The notes under the pieces: model-generated | Seen by the model: only the letters and a program-made list of their open reading frames with translations | What the model was told of the DNA's origin: nothing | The model's database searches: none | Part shown: positions 19,414 to 28,452 of the stretch, in pieces | Numbering within the stretch: the stretch's first letter is position 1 | How the letters are laid out: each line of letters begins with the position of its first letter | Position numbers and translations under genes: made by a program | Source of the DNA: a virus | Taxonomy: Duplodnaviria > Caudoviricetes | Length of the DNA: 34,015 nt | IMG/VR virus record: IMGVR_UViG_3300044216_000963 | Coordinates: 1-34,015 of that record | Reading direction: 5' to 3' (one strand)

Positions 19414-21020
19414 GCAGCTATATCTCCTTTCTGTCTATACGGTGCATCCTCAGTCAGGATAGTGGTGATAGGATCATAGTATAGTGACCCTGCATGCCCT
19501 AATTTAGCAAACGGTCTGTTCTTGTCAACCATAAAGTTAGTTGTATTCTGAATTATCTCATCCTCTGATTCAACATCTCTGTCTATCTTTAAGCATATGA
19601 TTGCTTCTTCTTCAAGGGACGCAGCATACTTTGTTCTACCATCATCATTAACCTGTGATATAAAGATCACACCAATATCTAACTCCTTGGCTAACTGTGC
19701 CATACGTGAGCCTAGTGTAGTCAGCGTACTGGTAGCACCATCAACACCTGTGCTAGATAGATATGCAAGACGTTGTACATGGTCTACGAATATATAGTCA
19801 GCACCAAAGACAGTAGCAGCAGTCCTAGTGTGATCAAGAAGTTTAAGCGGGTCATCATGGCTCCTCATCTCAAAGATTATTGTACGATTATTTTCTGTGT
19901 CAGCAGCTATCTGTGCAGCCTCTACCACCTGATCAAGACTTATGTTATTGTTATGGGCATCAAGATTAGTACGTACATTGCAGCCTAGATGATAAGTTGC
20001 CATCGCACGATAGGTGGTAGATTTCATTTCTTCCATGTGCAACAGAGCTATACGTGTCTCAGGTGTACGAAGCAATCCATTTTCAAAGTACCTTATTACC
20101 TCAGTCTTGCCAGTGCCACGGGGTGCTTTGATAAACGTAAGGCCACCCTTAACTAATCCACGTATCTTATCATCAATACCACTGTGACCAGTAGGCACAT
20201 AAGAGTAAGGGTTCTCTGTACGTATTGCTACATCTACATCTTCATCAGATATAAAAAAGTTATCAGGTGAATATTTCTGTGGTTTACGTGCAGCCCACAT
20301 CAACTCTTCACCATCCCCTGCAGTTAAGAAATCATTAGCATCTTTGTGCTTTGTCATAGGGACATAGAAAAACTTCTCAGGAATAACAGAGTAAAGTTTA
20401 TCTGCTGCTGATCTACCTGCTGCATCTAACTCACCTGCATAGATCACCATAGGAAATGAGTTAAGATAGTCTAGGTTTTGTTGCAAGAATTTATTACTGA
20501 TTGCAGCACTTGGTATAGATTTAACCGGAAACTTTTCACCTAGTATCTGATATAAACTGGCTGCATCAAACTCACCCTCTGTAAGATACAATCGTTGGCT
20601 AGTGCCTGAATTAAATTCTGGGCCAAACAGGTGAGCCATACCTGCACCTACATCTTTTTGCCAAGTCTTTTTCTTATCATCATAAGATCTATATTTAGTG
20701 GTGTGTGGGTATTTATATGCGTATCTGACAGGCTTACCACCCTCTCCCAACTGTAGCTGTATCTGATACAACTGACAAACCTCAGGTTTAATACCACGTA
20801 TATCTTCATACGTCATACTCTTAATAGGTACATCCATTATATTAACTCTCCTTTTTACTGGGTATTGTTCTGCTGCCCAATCGAAGGTAGGCTCTTTACT
20901 TGGGTAAGAGTTACCACAACTGTGACAGTAGCCATAGCCATCATCGTTCCAATTAAATGCATCACTTGACCCACAATCTTCAAAGGGACAAGCTAAGTGT
21001 GGTGTATCACCTTCTGCCAT
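19410..21020 (-). CDS. Primase-helicase (T7 gp4-like)
   Basis: Zn ribbon CPFEDCGSSD...CHSC, Toprim TEGEFDA, Walker A APRGTGKT, Walker B IFVDH, KNR. RBS GGAGG before ATG 21020. Confidence 0.93.
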   Translation of the reverse strand: MAEGDTPHLACPFEDCGSSDAFNWNDDGYGYCHSCGNSYPSKEPTFDWAAEQYPVKRRVNIMDVPIKSMTYEDIRGIKPEVCQLYQIQLQLGEGGKPVRYAYKYPHTTKYRSYDDKKKTWQKDVGAGMAHLFGPEFNSGTSQRLYLTEGEFDAASLYQILGEKFPVKSIPSAAISNKFLQQNLDYLNSFPMVIYAGELDAAGRSAADKLYSVIPEKFFYVPMTKHKDANDFLTAGDGEELMWAARKPQKYSPDNFFISDEDVDVAIRTENPYSYVPTGHSGIDDKIRGLVKGGLTFIKAPRGTGKTEVIRYFENGLLRTPETRIALLHMEEMKSTTYRAMATYHLGCNVRTNLDAHNNNISLDQVVEAAQIAADTENNRTIIFEMRSHDDPLKLLDHTRTAATVFGADYIFVDHVQRLAYLSSTGVDGATSTLTTLGSRMAQLAKELDIGVIFISQVNDDGRTKYAASLEEEAIICLKIDRDVESEDEIIQNTTNFMVDKNRPFAKLGHAGSLYYDPITTILTEDAPYRQKGDIAA

Positions 21021-21022
21021 AG

Positions 21023-21193
21023 TCACTCTTCCTCCAAACAAAACTCACACCACGTATTGGGTGTAGGGCATCCACAACTTACACATAGATTAAATCCAAC
21101 AGTATTACAAGCCTCTTTTTCTTTAGCCCTCTGTCTTTCTTCTTTAGTCATAGGACGTATCTTTTTTATTGGGGTATCTAATGTATATTTCAT
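21023..21193 (-). CDS. Small Cys-rich (Zn-finger) protein, absent from the ORF track
   Basis: 56 aa by manual translation: MKYTLDTPIKKIRPMTKEERQRAKEKEACNTVGFNLCVSCGCPTPNTWCEFCLEEE. Fills the operon gap. Confidence 0.65.
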   Translation of the reverse strand: MKYTLDTPIKKIRPMTKEERQRAKEKEACNTVGFNLCVSCGCPTPNTWCEFCLEEE

Positions 21194-21214
21194 TTTCTAC
21201 CTTCTACTTCATCT

Positions 21215-21541
21215 TTATTCATCATTCTTTTCCACTATTGTCATAACAGATTGGTTCCTGCCAGATTTACCTTTCCTTTTATCGCCAAGTCTTACTATGT
21301 AACCTTTCCTCTCTAGTGCTGAGAATCTAGCAGTTATGGAACTGTAAGGATAAAAAGGATGTAAGGCTAGTATATCATCCGCTATACAACCACTACTACC
21401 AAAGCTTTTTATAGTATCATATACAAGCTGCTCAAGTTTTGTTGTATCTACTGCTTCTGAAGATTCTACACTTGTAATGATACTATTAGAACGTCTTAGT
21501 TTATAAGGCTCTGTTCCAAAGTTAAATTCTTTATTCATCAT
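21215..21541 (-). CDS. Winged-helix DNA-binding protein
   Basis: G.IADDI......YSSITARFSALERKGYI....KRKGKSGRNQ.V pattern. Confidence 0.65.
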   Translation of the reverse strand: MMNKEFNFGTEPYKLRRSNSIITSVESSEAVDTTKLEQLVYDTIKSFGSSGCIADDILALHPFYPYSSITARFSALERKGYIVRLGDKRKGKSGRNQSVMTIVEKNDE

Positions 21542-21567
21542 GTTCTCCTTTTACATAGTGCCATAGT

Positions 21568-22299
21568 TTATTCAAACAACTCTCCCCCATCTCCATCATA
21601 CCATGCTTGATTTACAGGGTTTGCATCTTCCCACTTGTTAATATCTTCTAGTTTTTCTTTTTGATAACCATTAACTTTTACAAGCTCTGGCCATGACACA
21701 GGAAATAATCTTTTCATTTGATCTCCAATACTTCTAGCAACTAATCGTGTTTCATATTGTGTATCACTGGCACAACGTAGGTTACACATATCAGCAAAGG
21801 CATCAAGACTACCTGACCAATACCACTCAGTCATGGTAGATTGTGGCAGTACCATACGTGCTTGCTCTGGTGCTACTCCCTCTTCAAGAAGTTCTTTATA
21901 GACTCTGAGAGAGGTATAACCAATGAAGTCTGTCTCTGCTTTGGGGTATACAACACCATCACTTCCTTGCTTCTTATCTTTAGAACGTCCTCGCCATGTC
22001 TTAGGCTCATAAAACTCAGGCTCTTCATCTACATACCTACGACTGATTTCATTCCAGCGTAAGAACTTGTGCTTGACTAACTGTCTAGCTACAAAGATGG
22101 GAGCTTTGACATGAAAGGTAGCAAAACAGTGACCAAAGGGTGACATGTGTTTATGTTTTGCTAAATATTTAATTAGATTTTCATCTTTCTCTGTTAAATA
22201 AATCCTACCCCGTGGAATTTTTTTACCAAAGCTGACTCTGGCAGAGTTAACGACAGTAACATCACTGCCCATATAATCCATCATTGTTACCATAATCAT
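21568..22299 (-). CDS. thyX: FAD-dependent thymidylate synthase
   Basis: VVNSARVS, HMSPF.H, APIFVARQLVKH...NEISRRYV, PEQARMVLP, LR....TQ.E. Confidence 0.93.
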   Translation of the reverse strand: MIMVTMMDYMGSDVTVVNSARVSFGKKIPRGRIYLTEKDENLIKYLAKHKHMSPFGHCFATFHVKAPIFVARQLVKHKFLRWNEISRRYVDEEPEFYEPKTWRGRSKDKKQGSDGVVYPKAETDFIGYTSLRVYKELLEEGVAPEQARMVLPQSTMTEWYWSGSLDAFADMCNLRCASDTQYETRLVARSIGDQMKRLFPVSWPELVKVNGYQKEKLEDINKWEDANPVNQAWYDGDGGELFE

Positions 22300-22394
22300 T
22301 TATTTTTCTCCTTACAACTAGGACAAGATGTATGTTTACTTGTATCAAAGGGTTTTTTACACTTGTCACACTCCACTAATTTAATTCTTCTCAT
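22296..22394 (-). CDS. Tiny Zn-ribbon protein, absent from the ORF track
   Basis: 32 aa MRRIKLVECDKCKKPFDTSKHTSCPSCKEKNK, coupled to both neighbours. Confidence 0.55.
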   Translation of the reverse strand: MRRIKLVECDKCKKPFDTSKHTSCPSCKEKNK

Positions 22395-22810
22395 CATACC
22401 TTTCTACCCCTAAGTGCGAAGAACAAACCACCAACCCATAGTAATACATGTAAGTTATCGTACAGTAAAACATCTAACAGACTATCAGGTTCACCCACCC
22501 ATATCACACCTGTCATTATGCAGCAGATAACTAAACCACTAAACCTTGTAACCATATCCTCTACCCAAGGATGATCTAGGTGTAGATAAGTAAAAGATAT
22601 CAACCCACCTATTATTAATCCCATACCTGCACCTAGCTCACCGTAAGCTGCAAACCACCACACGATGTACGGTAGTTCAAATGCCTCAGCATCATCAATA
22701 CTTATAGGCAACTTAGACAAACCTTGTTGTATAAATACAATGGCCAAAGGTATCCTTAGCAACCAATGAGATAAACAGAACTCAGGTATCATGTTTAAAA
22801 TCTTATTCAT
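22394..22810 (-). CDS. DoxX-family membrane protein
   Basis: LLRIPLAIVFIQQGLSK and GELGAG.GLIIG motifs with several TM segments. RBS GGAGG. Confidence 0.8.
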   Translation of the reverse strand: MNKILNMIPEFCLSHWLLRIPLAIVFIQQGLSKLPISIDDAEAFELPYIVWWFAAYGELGAGMGLIIGGLISFTYLHLDHPWVEDMVTRFSGLVICCIMTGVIWVGEPDSLLDVLLYDNLHVLLWVGGLFFALRGRKV

Positions 22811-23156
22811 GCTCACCTCCAAACATCCTACTACTGGTTACATTATCGGTAGGATCTATTTTAGATTTTTTCTCAGCCTCTTTGTAAACCATTGCGGTAA
22901 TAAATATACCTCCGATTAGTAGAGAGTGGCCCATCCCACTGATTGCAAACCAGAACATGTTACCTATCCACAATGCAAAGATTGCACTCCACATGTATGC
23001 CAGTATTTGAAAGACTGCATGTGCAGCCATTGGATCAAGCCTTTGAATGTGACGTAACGGAGAATTCTGTATAGTCATCACACTGTCCCATGCCTCTTTA
23101 AATAAATCAAAGACACTAACAATGCTCAAAGGCACAACCTTTAATTTGTTACTCAT
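22803..23156 (-). CDS. Hypothetical membrane protein
   Basis: Two hydrophobic helices (FQILAYMWSAIFALWIG; HSLLIGGIFITAMVY). Confidence 0.7.
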   Translation of the reverse strand: MSNKLKVVPLSIVSVFDLFKEAWDSVMTIQNSPLRHIQRLDPMAAHAVFQILAYMWSAIFALWIGNMFWFAISGMGHSLLIGGIFITAMVYKEAEKKSKIDPTDNVTSSRMFGGEHE

Positions 23157-23368
23157 TTTTTATCCTTTATATTTAAGTTCATTGGTGAGTATGCTTCACC
23201 ATTATATTGAGAGCCTGACTTATCTGGCCCTGTTTCAACACCACTATTACAACCAAATACAACCACCATCAAAAATATAGTGCTGTAAATGAAAGCCCTC
23301 TTAGACCACAGAATAAACAAGTCAAAAGTTTTTTCTGCCTCTATCTGTGCTGCTTCTCTAGGTGTCAA
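23153..23368 (-). CDS. Single-TM protein resembling aa3 cytochrome c oxidase subunit IV
   Basis: TTG start after AGGAGG. EKTFDLFI followed by one TM ending GCNS. Resemblance judged by eye. Confidence 0.45.
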   Translation of the reverse strand: MTPREAAQIEAEKTFDLFILWSKRAFIYSTIFLMVVVFGCNSGVETGPDKSGSQYNGEAYSPMNLNIKDKK

Positions 23369-23630
23369 CTTTACCCTCCTGTTGGTTTTTAAATCCCTGC
23401 AATTTATTAAACTCATTTTGATCTATACAGTTAACCATCTCTACTGCACCAGGTAGCATACCATTATACGCCATCATAAGACCGTGAACGTAATTCATTA
23501 TGCTTGTTCTGTCAGTAAGTGTAACCCTACATTCAGCCTCAGTATTATAAACTGGGTTTGTAAATACAAACGTGTCTCTTGTTCCATCTTCATTCCAAGA
23601 TAAAAAGAGTACTATTGCATACCATTTCAT
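23358..23630 (-). CDS. Hypothetical protein with hydrophobic N-terminus and two Cys
   Basis: RBS GAGGAGG; MKWYAIVLFLSW...YNTEAEC...VNC. Confidence 0.65.
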   Translation of the reverse strand: MKWYAIVLFLSWNEDGTRDTFVFTNPVYNTEAECRVTLTDRTSIMNYVHGLMMAYNGMLPGAVEMVNCIDQNEFNKLQGFKNQQEGKVDT

Positions 23631-23631
23631 A

Positions 23632-23841
23632 TTAAGATGCCTCCTCTGTTTCACCAATCATTTCGTCCCACTCCTCTGATGTTACACCAGTCATTATGAA
23701 CTCTCTTTGTTCAGGTGTCAAGTGGGGCATTGCATCATGTATTAGAGTTCCAGATACCCAATCAGATATTTGATCCTCTGTAACATCTAAGTCCATACTA
23801 CTTGTCTTGTGACTGAATGGACTTGTCCTTGTAATAATCAT
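23632..23841 (-). CDS. Hypothetical phage protein
   Basis: LI.DAMPHLTPEQREFIMTG.T.EEW motif; RBS AAGGAG. Confidence 0.7.
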   Translation of the reverse strand: MIITRTSPFSHKTSSMDLDVTEDQISDWVSGTLIHDAMPHLTPEQREFIMTGVTSEEWDEMIGETEEAS

Positions 23842-23959
23842 AAAAGTTCTCCTTATGTTTAGGTTTACGTTTAGGTTTCTTTTTATCTGGCACTACCCTC
23901 GGTTTATACTTAGGTTGCCTTAGATCTTTTGCAATGGGGTTCTTAATGTATTTTTTCAT
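23798..23959 (-). CDS. Small basic protein, absent from the ORF track
   Basis: 53 aa by manual translation starting MKKYIKNPIAKDLRQPKYKPRVVPDKKKPKRKPKHK. Fills the gap. Confidence 0.55.
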   Translation of the reverse strand: MKKYIKNPIAKDLRQPKYKPRVVPDKKKPKRKPKHKENFYDYYKDKSIQSQDK

Positions 23960-24131
23960 CCCAAAAATCCCCCCACCTATCTTGCATAGCTAAGTTAAAC
24001 TCTGTGTTATCTGCAATGAAGGATAACAAATCATACAACTCATCTGCGTAATCGTCGTGTAGAGTTCCCTCTTTAAAACAATCAGCCCAAAATCTCAGGA
24101 CATTAGGCGGTATCGTTCGTTTTCGTTTCAT
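23943..24131 (-). CDS. Hypothetical protein
   Basis: 62-aa ORF with GAGGGG RBS-like sequence. Confidence 0.5.
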   Translation of the reverse strand: MKRKRTIPPNVLRFWADCFKEGTLHDDYADELYDLLSFIADNTEFNLAMQDRWGDFWDEKIH

Positions 24132-24885
24132 TACGCCACGCCCCCTCTTCACAGAATAATCCACAATCTACATCATAATCTTTCATCTTGTGTCCTTTCG
24201 CTTTTGGATCTAGATCCTCTAATAATATTCTTATATTGTTTACTCTAACAAGTCTAGCCCCAATCTTTTTTGACTGTTCCATCCTGTCTTTGAATACCTC
24301 AGGGTGTTTCTCTCTGACAAAGTTCCAATAGGTAGGTGAGGTAGCCTTTACACAACCTATACAATTGGCATTGGAATAGCCGTTTAGATAGAGACTAGGT
24401 AATCTTATGCCAGCATCCATGATTATGTTAAAACAATGTTGTTTAGTGTATCCCTTATCTACCAATGGTGTTAATAAAGTATCACGCTCAGTCATCTTAA
24501 ACCTATCTGCCCTACCTTGTTCTTCTGATGTAAACCCAAGTACAGTCCAGTCAGGTTTATGTATAGCCTCCCAGTTCTGCCTAGGTTTTTTCTTTAACTC
24601 CAGTGTACAAGGTGCGCCACTAACCCCAGACATATACTTCCTGTCATCCCACACCTCTTTAACAGATCCTCTAGGATACTTGGTAGACTTTACGTGTTCT
24701 ATCGGGTGATCTAGCCAGTCTTGTACATCACGTAAGAACCTTTGATTATCCTCACCCTCTTCTAGTATTGGATTGTTTAGTATAGAAACCTTATTATCTT
24801 TTCTATAAACATCCAGAGTAACTCTAGCAGCTACAGCAGATGCAGCACCGCATGAAAACCACACTGCTATATGTTGGTCTTTCAT
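24103..24885 (-). CDS. PP-loop (adenine nucleotide alpha hydrolase) / PAPS-reductase-like protein with Cys motifs
   Basis: VWFSCGAASAVAA PP-loop-like motif, APCT.ELK, VLGFT.EE..R, PL, NANCIGCVK and C-terminal CGLFC. Confidence 0.75.
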   Translation of the reverse strand: MKDQHIAVWFSCGAASAVAARVTLDVYRKDNKVSILNNPILEEGEDNQRFLRDVQDWLDHPIEHVKSTKYPRGSVKEVWDDRKYMSGVSGAPCTLELKKKPRQNWEAIHKPDWTVLGFTSEEQGRADRFKMTERDTLLTPLVDKGYTKQHCFNIIMDAGIRLPSLYLNGYSNANCIGCVKATSPTYWNFVREKHPEVFKDRMEQSKKIGARLVRVNNIRILLEDLDPKAKGHKMKDYDVDCGLFCEEGAWRNETKTNDTA

Positions 24886-25763
24886 CTTTGTCTCCTTTCA
24901 AGTGCAGACTTTGCTGTTTTAAGATTAAATTTATTGTACGGATTGAGGCTGCTTACGTGCTTGTGTCCTGTCACAGATTGTATTGCAAGGTGATCCACCT
25001 CTCCCTCTATCATCTGTACTATTGCAGTCTTACGCAGATCACCCACCTGCAAATCCTCAGGTAGGCCACAGTCAGCTTTTACTTCTTTGAGTAGGGCAGT
25101 CATCTGCTGCACTGTTAGCGGCCTGTAGCCACCGTCTGAGGCTCTGTGATTAGGCACTACATAATCTTGGAAACCCCAGTCAATCTCTTGTTGTTTGAGC
25201 ATAGGGTATAACTCATCAGGTATTGGCAACTCTACCTCTGCCCCACGTTTAGTCTGAGTGATATCTACTTTATGTTTATGCCAGTCTATTTGACTAAAGG
25301 TTAGATTGCGTACATCAACAGGACGTTGACCCCACTCATAACACATATAGACAATCAACCCTATGTTACGCCAATCAAACTTAGAGAAGGCGGTATCTAA
25401 AAAGGTCATTACCTGATCGTGCTCCCAAACGACAGACCTAGGTTTGCTTGTTCTCTTTTTTACAAACCTCATAGGATTACGACTAATATGCTCAAGCATA
25501 ATATGATGGTTCATGACGACAGAGAATACAGTTGCTAGATGGTTTGCATTAGCTGTACTATCCTCTGCCTCCCATGTATCGTATGCCTCATTGCAGGTTT
25601 CAATAGTCATATTTTTGATAGATTTATTACCAAACTTACCACCATCAATATAGGTATTGTTGATCTTGTGTAAGTTATACTTGTAGGTTTTCTGAGAACT
25701 AGACGACAGATTAAGGTAAGCCTTACTGTTTAAGTAAATATTAATAGCTTTCCATAACCTCAT
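24882..25763 (-). CDS. Tyrosine recombinase / integrase-family protein
   Basis: GQR..D (R), QTKRG (K), GDLRKT (HxxR variant), TGH, terminal PY. RBS AAGGAG before ATG 25763. Confidence 0.85.
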   Translation of the reverse strand: MRLWKAINIYLNSKAYLNLSSSSQKTYKYNLHKINNTYIDGGKFGNKSIKNMTIETCNEAYDTWEAEDSTANANHLATVFSVVMNHHIMLEHISRNPMRFVKKRTSKPRSVVWEHDQVMTFLDTAFSKFDWRNIGLIVYMCYEWGQRPVDVRNLTFSQIDWHKHKVDITQTKRGAEVELPIPDELYPMLKQQEIDWGFQDYVVPNHRASDGGYRPLTVQQMTALLKEVKADCGLPEDLQVGDLRKTAIVQMIEGEVDHLAIQSVTGHKHVSSLNPYNKFNLKTAKSALERRQR

Positions 25764-25849
25764 GTTATCTCCTTTTGTTAAGCTTATAGTTATACCTAAA
25801 GTATTAATTATATCAAGTATTAATAACACTTAAGGTATAATATTATATA

Positions 25850-25878
25850 TAATTATCACAGATTATAACCTTTGTCAA
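25850..25878 (-). promoter_or_regulatory. Sigma70-like promoter upstream of the recombinase
   Basis: TTGACA-17-TAATTA (or 15-GATAAT) in an AT-rich intergenic gap. Confidence 0.55.
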
Positions 25879-25882
25879 CCCT

Positions 25883-26833
25883 CTACCATGAATTACCTCG
25901 TCGTCTTGCATAGCTATTGATGTAGCTTGTGTCGTTTAGATGTAGTTCTTCTGCCATTGCGTCAACTGTAAATCCATACTCACATAGCAGCTTGGCTACC
26001 TCATGTTTGTAGACACCGATGAAATCTTCCATGTCATCTGCTTCACTATCATTATAACCATAATAATTATACTTGTCATAGTTGTAATAACCAATGGTCT
26101 CATACACATCAGGATCACGTACAAATACTAGCTTAGACCAGTCAGCTGCAAGTAACTGAGTTACTAATTTGTCAAGGTAAACAAGGTCTTGTGTCTCGTT
26201 CTTAGTGTGCTGATTGTAATAACCTACGCTGATATTTGTACACTCAGATACATGATAGATGAACTCATTACTATCTGTATAACTACCACCATCATCACCT
26301 ATAAGTTGTGGAAGATCTAGTGCATCGGCAAAAGATTTAGCAAACTCGTCGGAGCAAGTACGTACACCTGACTGATGTGTAATCACAGACTTGTCACCGA
26401 ATCTGTCAAAAGATATCACTGCGTCAATATCACTCAACCATTTGGGTTCAGACTTGACCAACGCAGAAGAACCTTTGCAACCAACTTCTTCAGCAGCAAA
26501 GATACAGTACATACCCTCGATACCTGCCTCAATCATATTGAGTATTACATAAATGCCAGTAGTACAATCTGCACCTAAACAATTACTGAGGGTCTGATCA
26601 GCAACAGATACTACATCATTCATGACAATAAGTTTCTGCATACCTTCTGTTTTGTGGACAGTATCGTGGTGAGCAGTAAAACATATCCTAGGTTTCTGAC
26701 CTATCTGTAGAATGTAATTACCATCTATGTCAGGCCTACCAAATACTGGCTCTAAGAATCGTTTACAGAACTGACGTTGGGTTGTTGTACCTTCTGGTCG
26801 CTTATATGAAAGCATCTCAATTAGGGAATACAT
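25883..26833 (-). CDS. M28/M20-clan zinc peptidase
   Basis: AHHDTVH, LGADCTTG, AEEVG, SFDR and YNQHT..E metal-ligand motifs. Confidence 0.85.
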   Translation of the reverse strand: MYSLIEMLSYKRPEGTTTQRQFCKRFLEPVFGRPDIDGNYILQIGQKPRICFTAHHDTVHKTEGMQKLIVMNDVVSVADQTLSNCLGADCTTGIYVILNMIEAGIEGMYCIFAAEEVGCKGSSALVKSEPKWLSDIDAVISFDRFGDKSVITHQSGVRTCSDEFAKSFADALDLPQLIGDDGGSYTDSNEFIYHVSECTNISVGYYNQHTKNETQDLVYLDKLVTQLLAADWSKLVFVRDPDVYETIGYYNYDKYNYYGYNDSEADDMEDFIGVYKHEVAKLLCEYGFTVDAMAEELHLNDTSYINSYARRRGNSW

Positions 26834-28452
26834 TATTCATTATCTCCTTCTTCCCATTCATTTGTTTTATCATTAAGAATATATCCTAATCCCTTGGCCT
26901 CGTCAATAGATAATACATCACCACTGAATGAAAGAATTGCGGCCTGACCATTTGGATACCACTCACTATCACCATCAGATACAAAGTATTCATCATCAGT
27001 GTGAGGTGATATCCATGTGTTATCATACTCACAATAGCTACAGTCCTCTGTTCTCCAAAGATTACCACCATTATCCTCAACTGCTTCACCATCACCAACA
27101 ATAGACTCATGGTATGAGTTTTGATCAATGCCCCATCTAGATTGTGAATATACCATTACAGATTCACGCTCATGGCAATCTTCGTGAATGTACTCACAAT
27201 AGAAATGCTCTTCATAGAAACACTCCTCACAGTATTGATGACCAGTATACTCTGAGTATCTAGCATCATCCTCATACACTGTCTCACCACACTCATAGCA
27301 AAAGCCACAACCATTCTGTAAGATACCTGAATAATCACTAGCATCTATCTCACCACCATATTGTATAACTAGGTTATCACCATCATCAGTCAATGCTTGT
27401 GGACCCAGATCAATATAGGGCGCAATATAACCACCACGATATTCTACACGCAGCAACTTAGCACCCTCCCAAGCACCAGACTCACACAAAGTATAGTCAC
27501 TATCACACTCTTTGAGCTTGGTACGTATCATGTCAATAGACTGTTCAGTAGTGCCATAGATAGGCCCAGCACGATAGCTACCATTTTTAACATACACAGT
27601 ACAGCGAGAGCCAATCAGACCTTTATCATCCTCAGTGTAAAAGATCTTGAAGTCACCACTGGCATAAGCAGATGCAGGGTGCATAGGAAAACCTGAGAAC
27701 TGAGTTGATTCATGACAATCAGGATTGGTCTTGTACCTCATACATGAGTTTGCCATGGACTTGTTTGAAAAGGTAGTAGTGATGTTTTCCATGGGGGCTT
27801 GTTTGCCCGAATAAGCATGAGAGAAGTCATCTTTTGTGTGACCAATATGTACGGTAAAGTCACGCTGCACAAACTCACGAAGATATTTATCCACCATGCT
27901 ATCCACCTCAGTATCTGACAACTCAGGAAACATGAGAGAGATTGCACGACCGGGCTTCATGGCTACCTCACGGTCTTGATCACGATCTTTTAGAGATTGG
28001 TACAGACTGATCTTACCATCAAACTTTTGTGATCTAAATGGTTGGAATGCACGTAGACGCCACGAAAATCTAAACTTATTTAGATCCTTGTAAGTAGTGG
28101 GTGTAGAACACTGTAAGACAGACTCCAGCCAGTTGAACAGGCGAGTATCCTTCTTGTCCCAAGGATCAATATCACCATATCTGCCCCATATTTTGAGGAC
28201 AGGATCAGTCTCACTGTCATCAGTGGTATACACACGTTTGACTATAAATGCAGTACCTTCAGAGGGTTTAGTAAACCCATGCAAATGGTAGATGTTACCA
28301 CTGTCGAGCATGATACTGCCAAAGACTGCACCCTCATCACCATGAATAGACACGCGATCCATCGCATAAGGTTTGCCTCTACGGATATCTGTACCCACCT
28401 CAATATAGTCAGGCAGGGCATCAGGGTTGATCATAATAGCTTCAAACGGCAT
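26833..28452 (-). CDS. Hypothetical protein with an 'SCMR' core and C-terminal Cys-rich Zn-finger repeats
   Basis: MKPGR, NSCMRY, HP..AY, GSRC.VY, PIYG, PYID, then CYECG...YCEEC...YCEY..EDC...CSYCEY. Confidence 0.75.
   Translation of the reverse strand: MPFEAIMINPDALPDYIEVGTDIRRGKPYAMDRVSIHGDEGAVFGSIMLDSGNIYHLHGFTKPSEGTAFIVKRVYTTDDSETDPVLKIWGRYGDIDPWDKKDTRLFNWLESVLQCSTPTTYKDLNKFRFSWRLRAFQPFRSQKFDGKISLYQSLKDRDQDREVAMKPGRAISLMFPELSDTEVDSMVDKYLREFVQRDFTVHIGHTKDDFSHAYSGKQAPMENITTTFSNKSMANSCMRYKTNPDCHESTQFSGFPMHPASAYASGDFKIFYTEDDKGLIGSRCTVYVKNGSYRAGPIYGTTEQSIDMIRTKLKECDSDYTLCESGAWEGAKLLRVEYRGGYIAPYIDLGPQALTDDGDNLVIQYGGEIDASDYSGILQNGCGFCYECGETVYEDDARYSEYTGHQYCEECFYEEHFYCEYIHEDCHERESVMVYSQSRWGIDQNSYHESIVGDGEAVEDNGGNLWRTEDCSYCEYDNTWISPHTDDEYFVSDGDSEWYPNGQAAILSFSGDVLSIDEAKGLGYILNDKTNEWEEGDNE

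Noticed and set aside
12389-21020. Introns or inteins in RNR, PolA or helicase
   Set aside because: All three are uninterrupted and of normal length, with no splice or homing endonuclease motifs.
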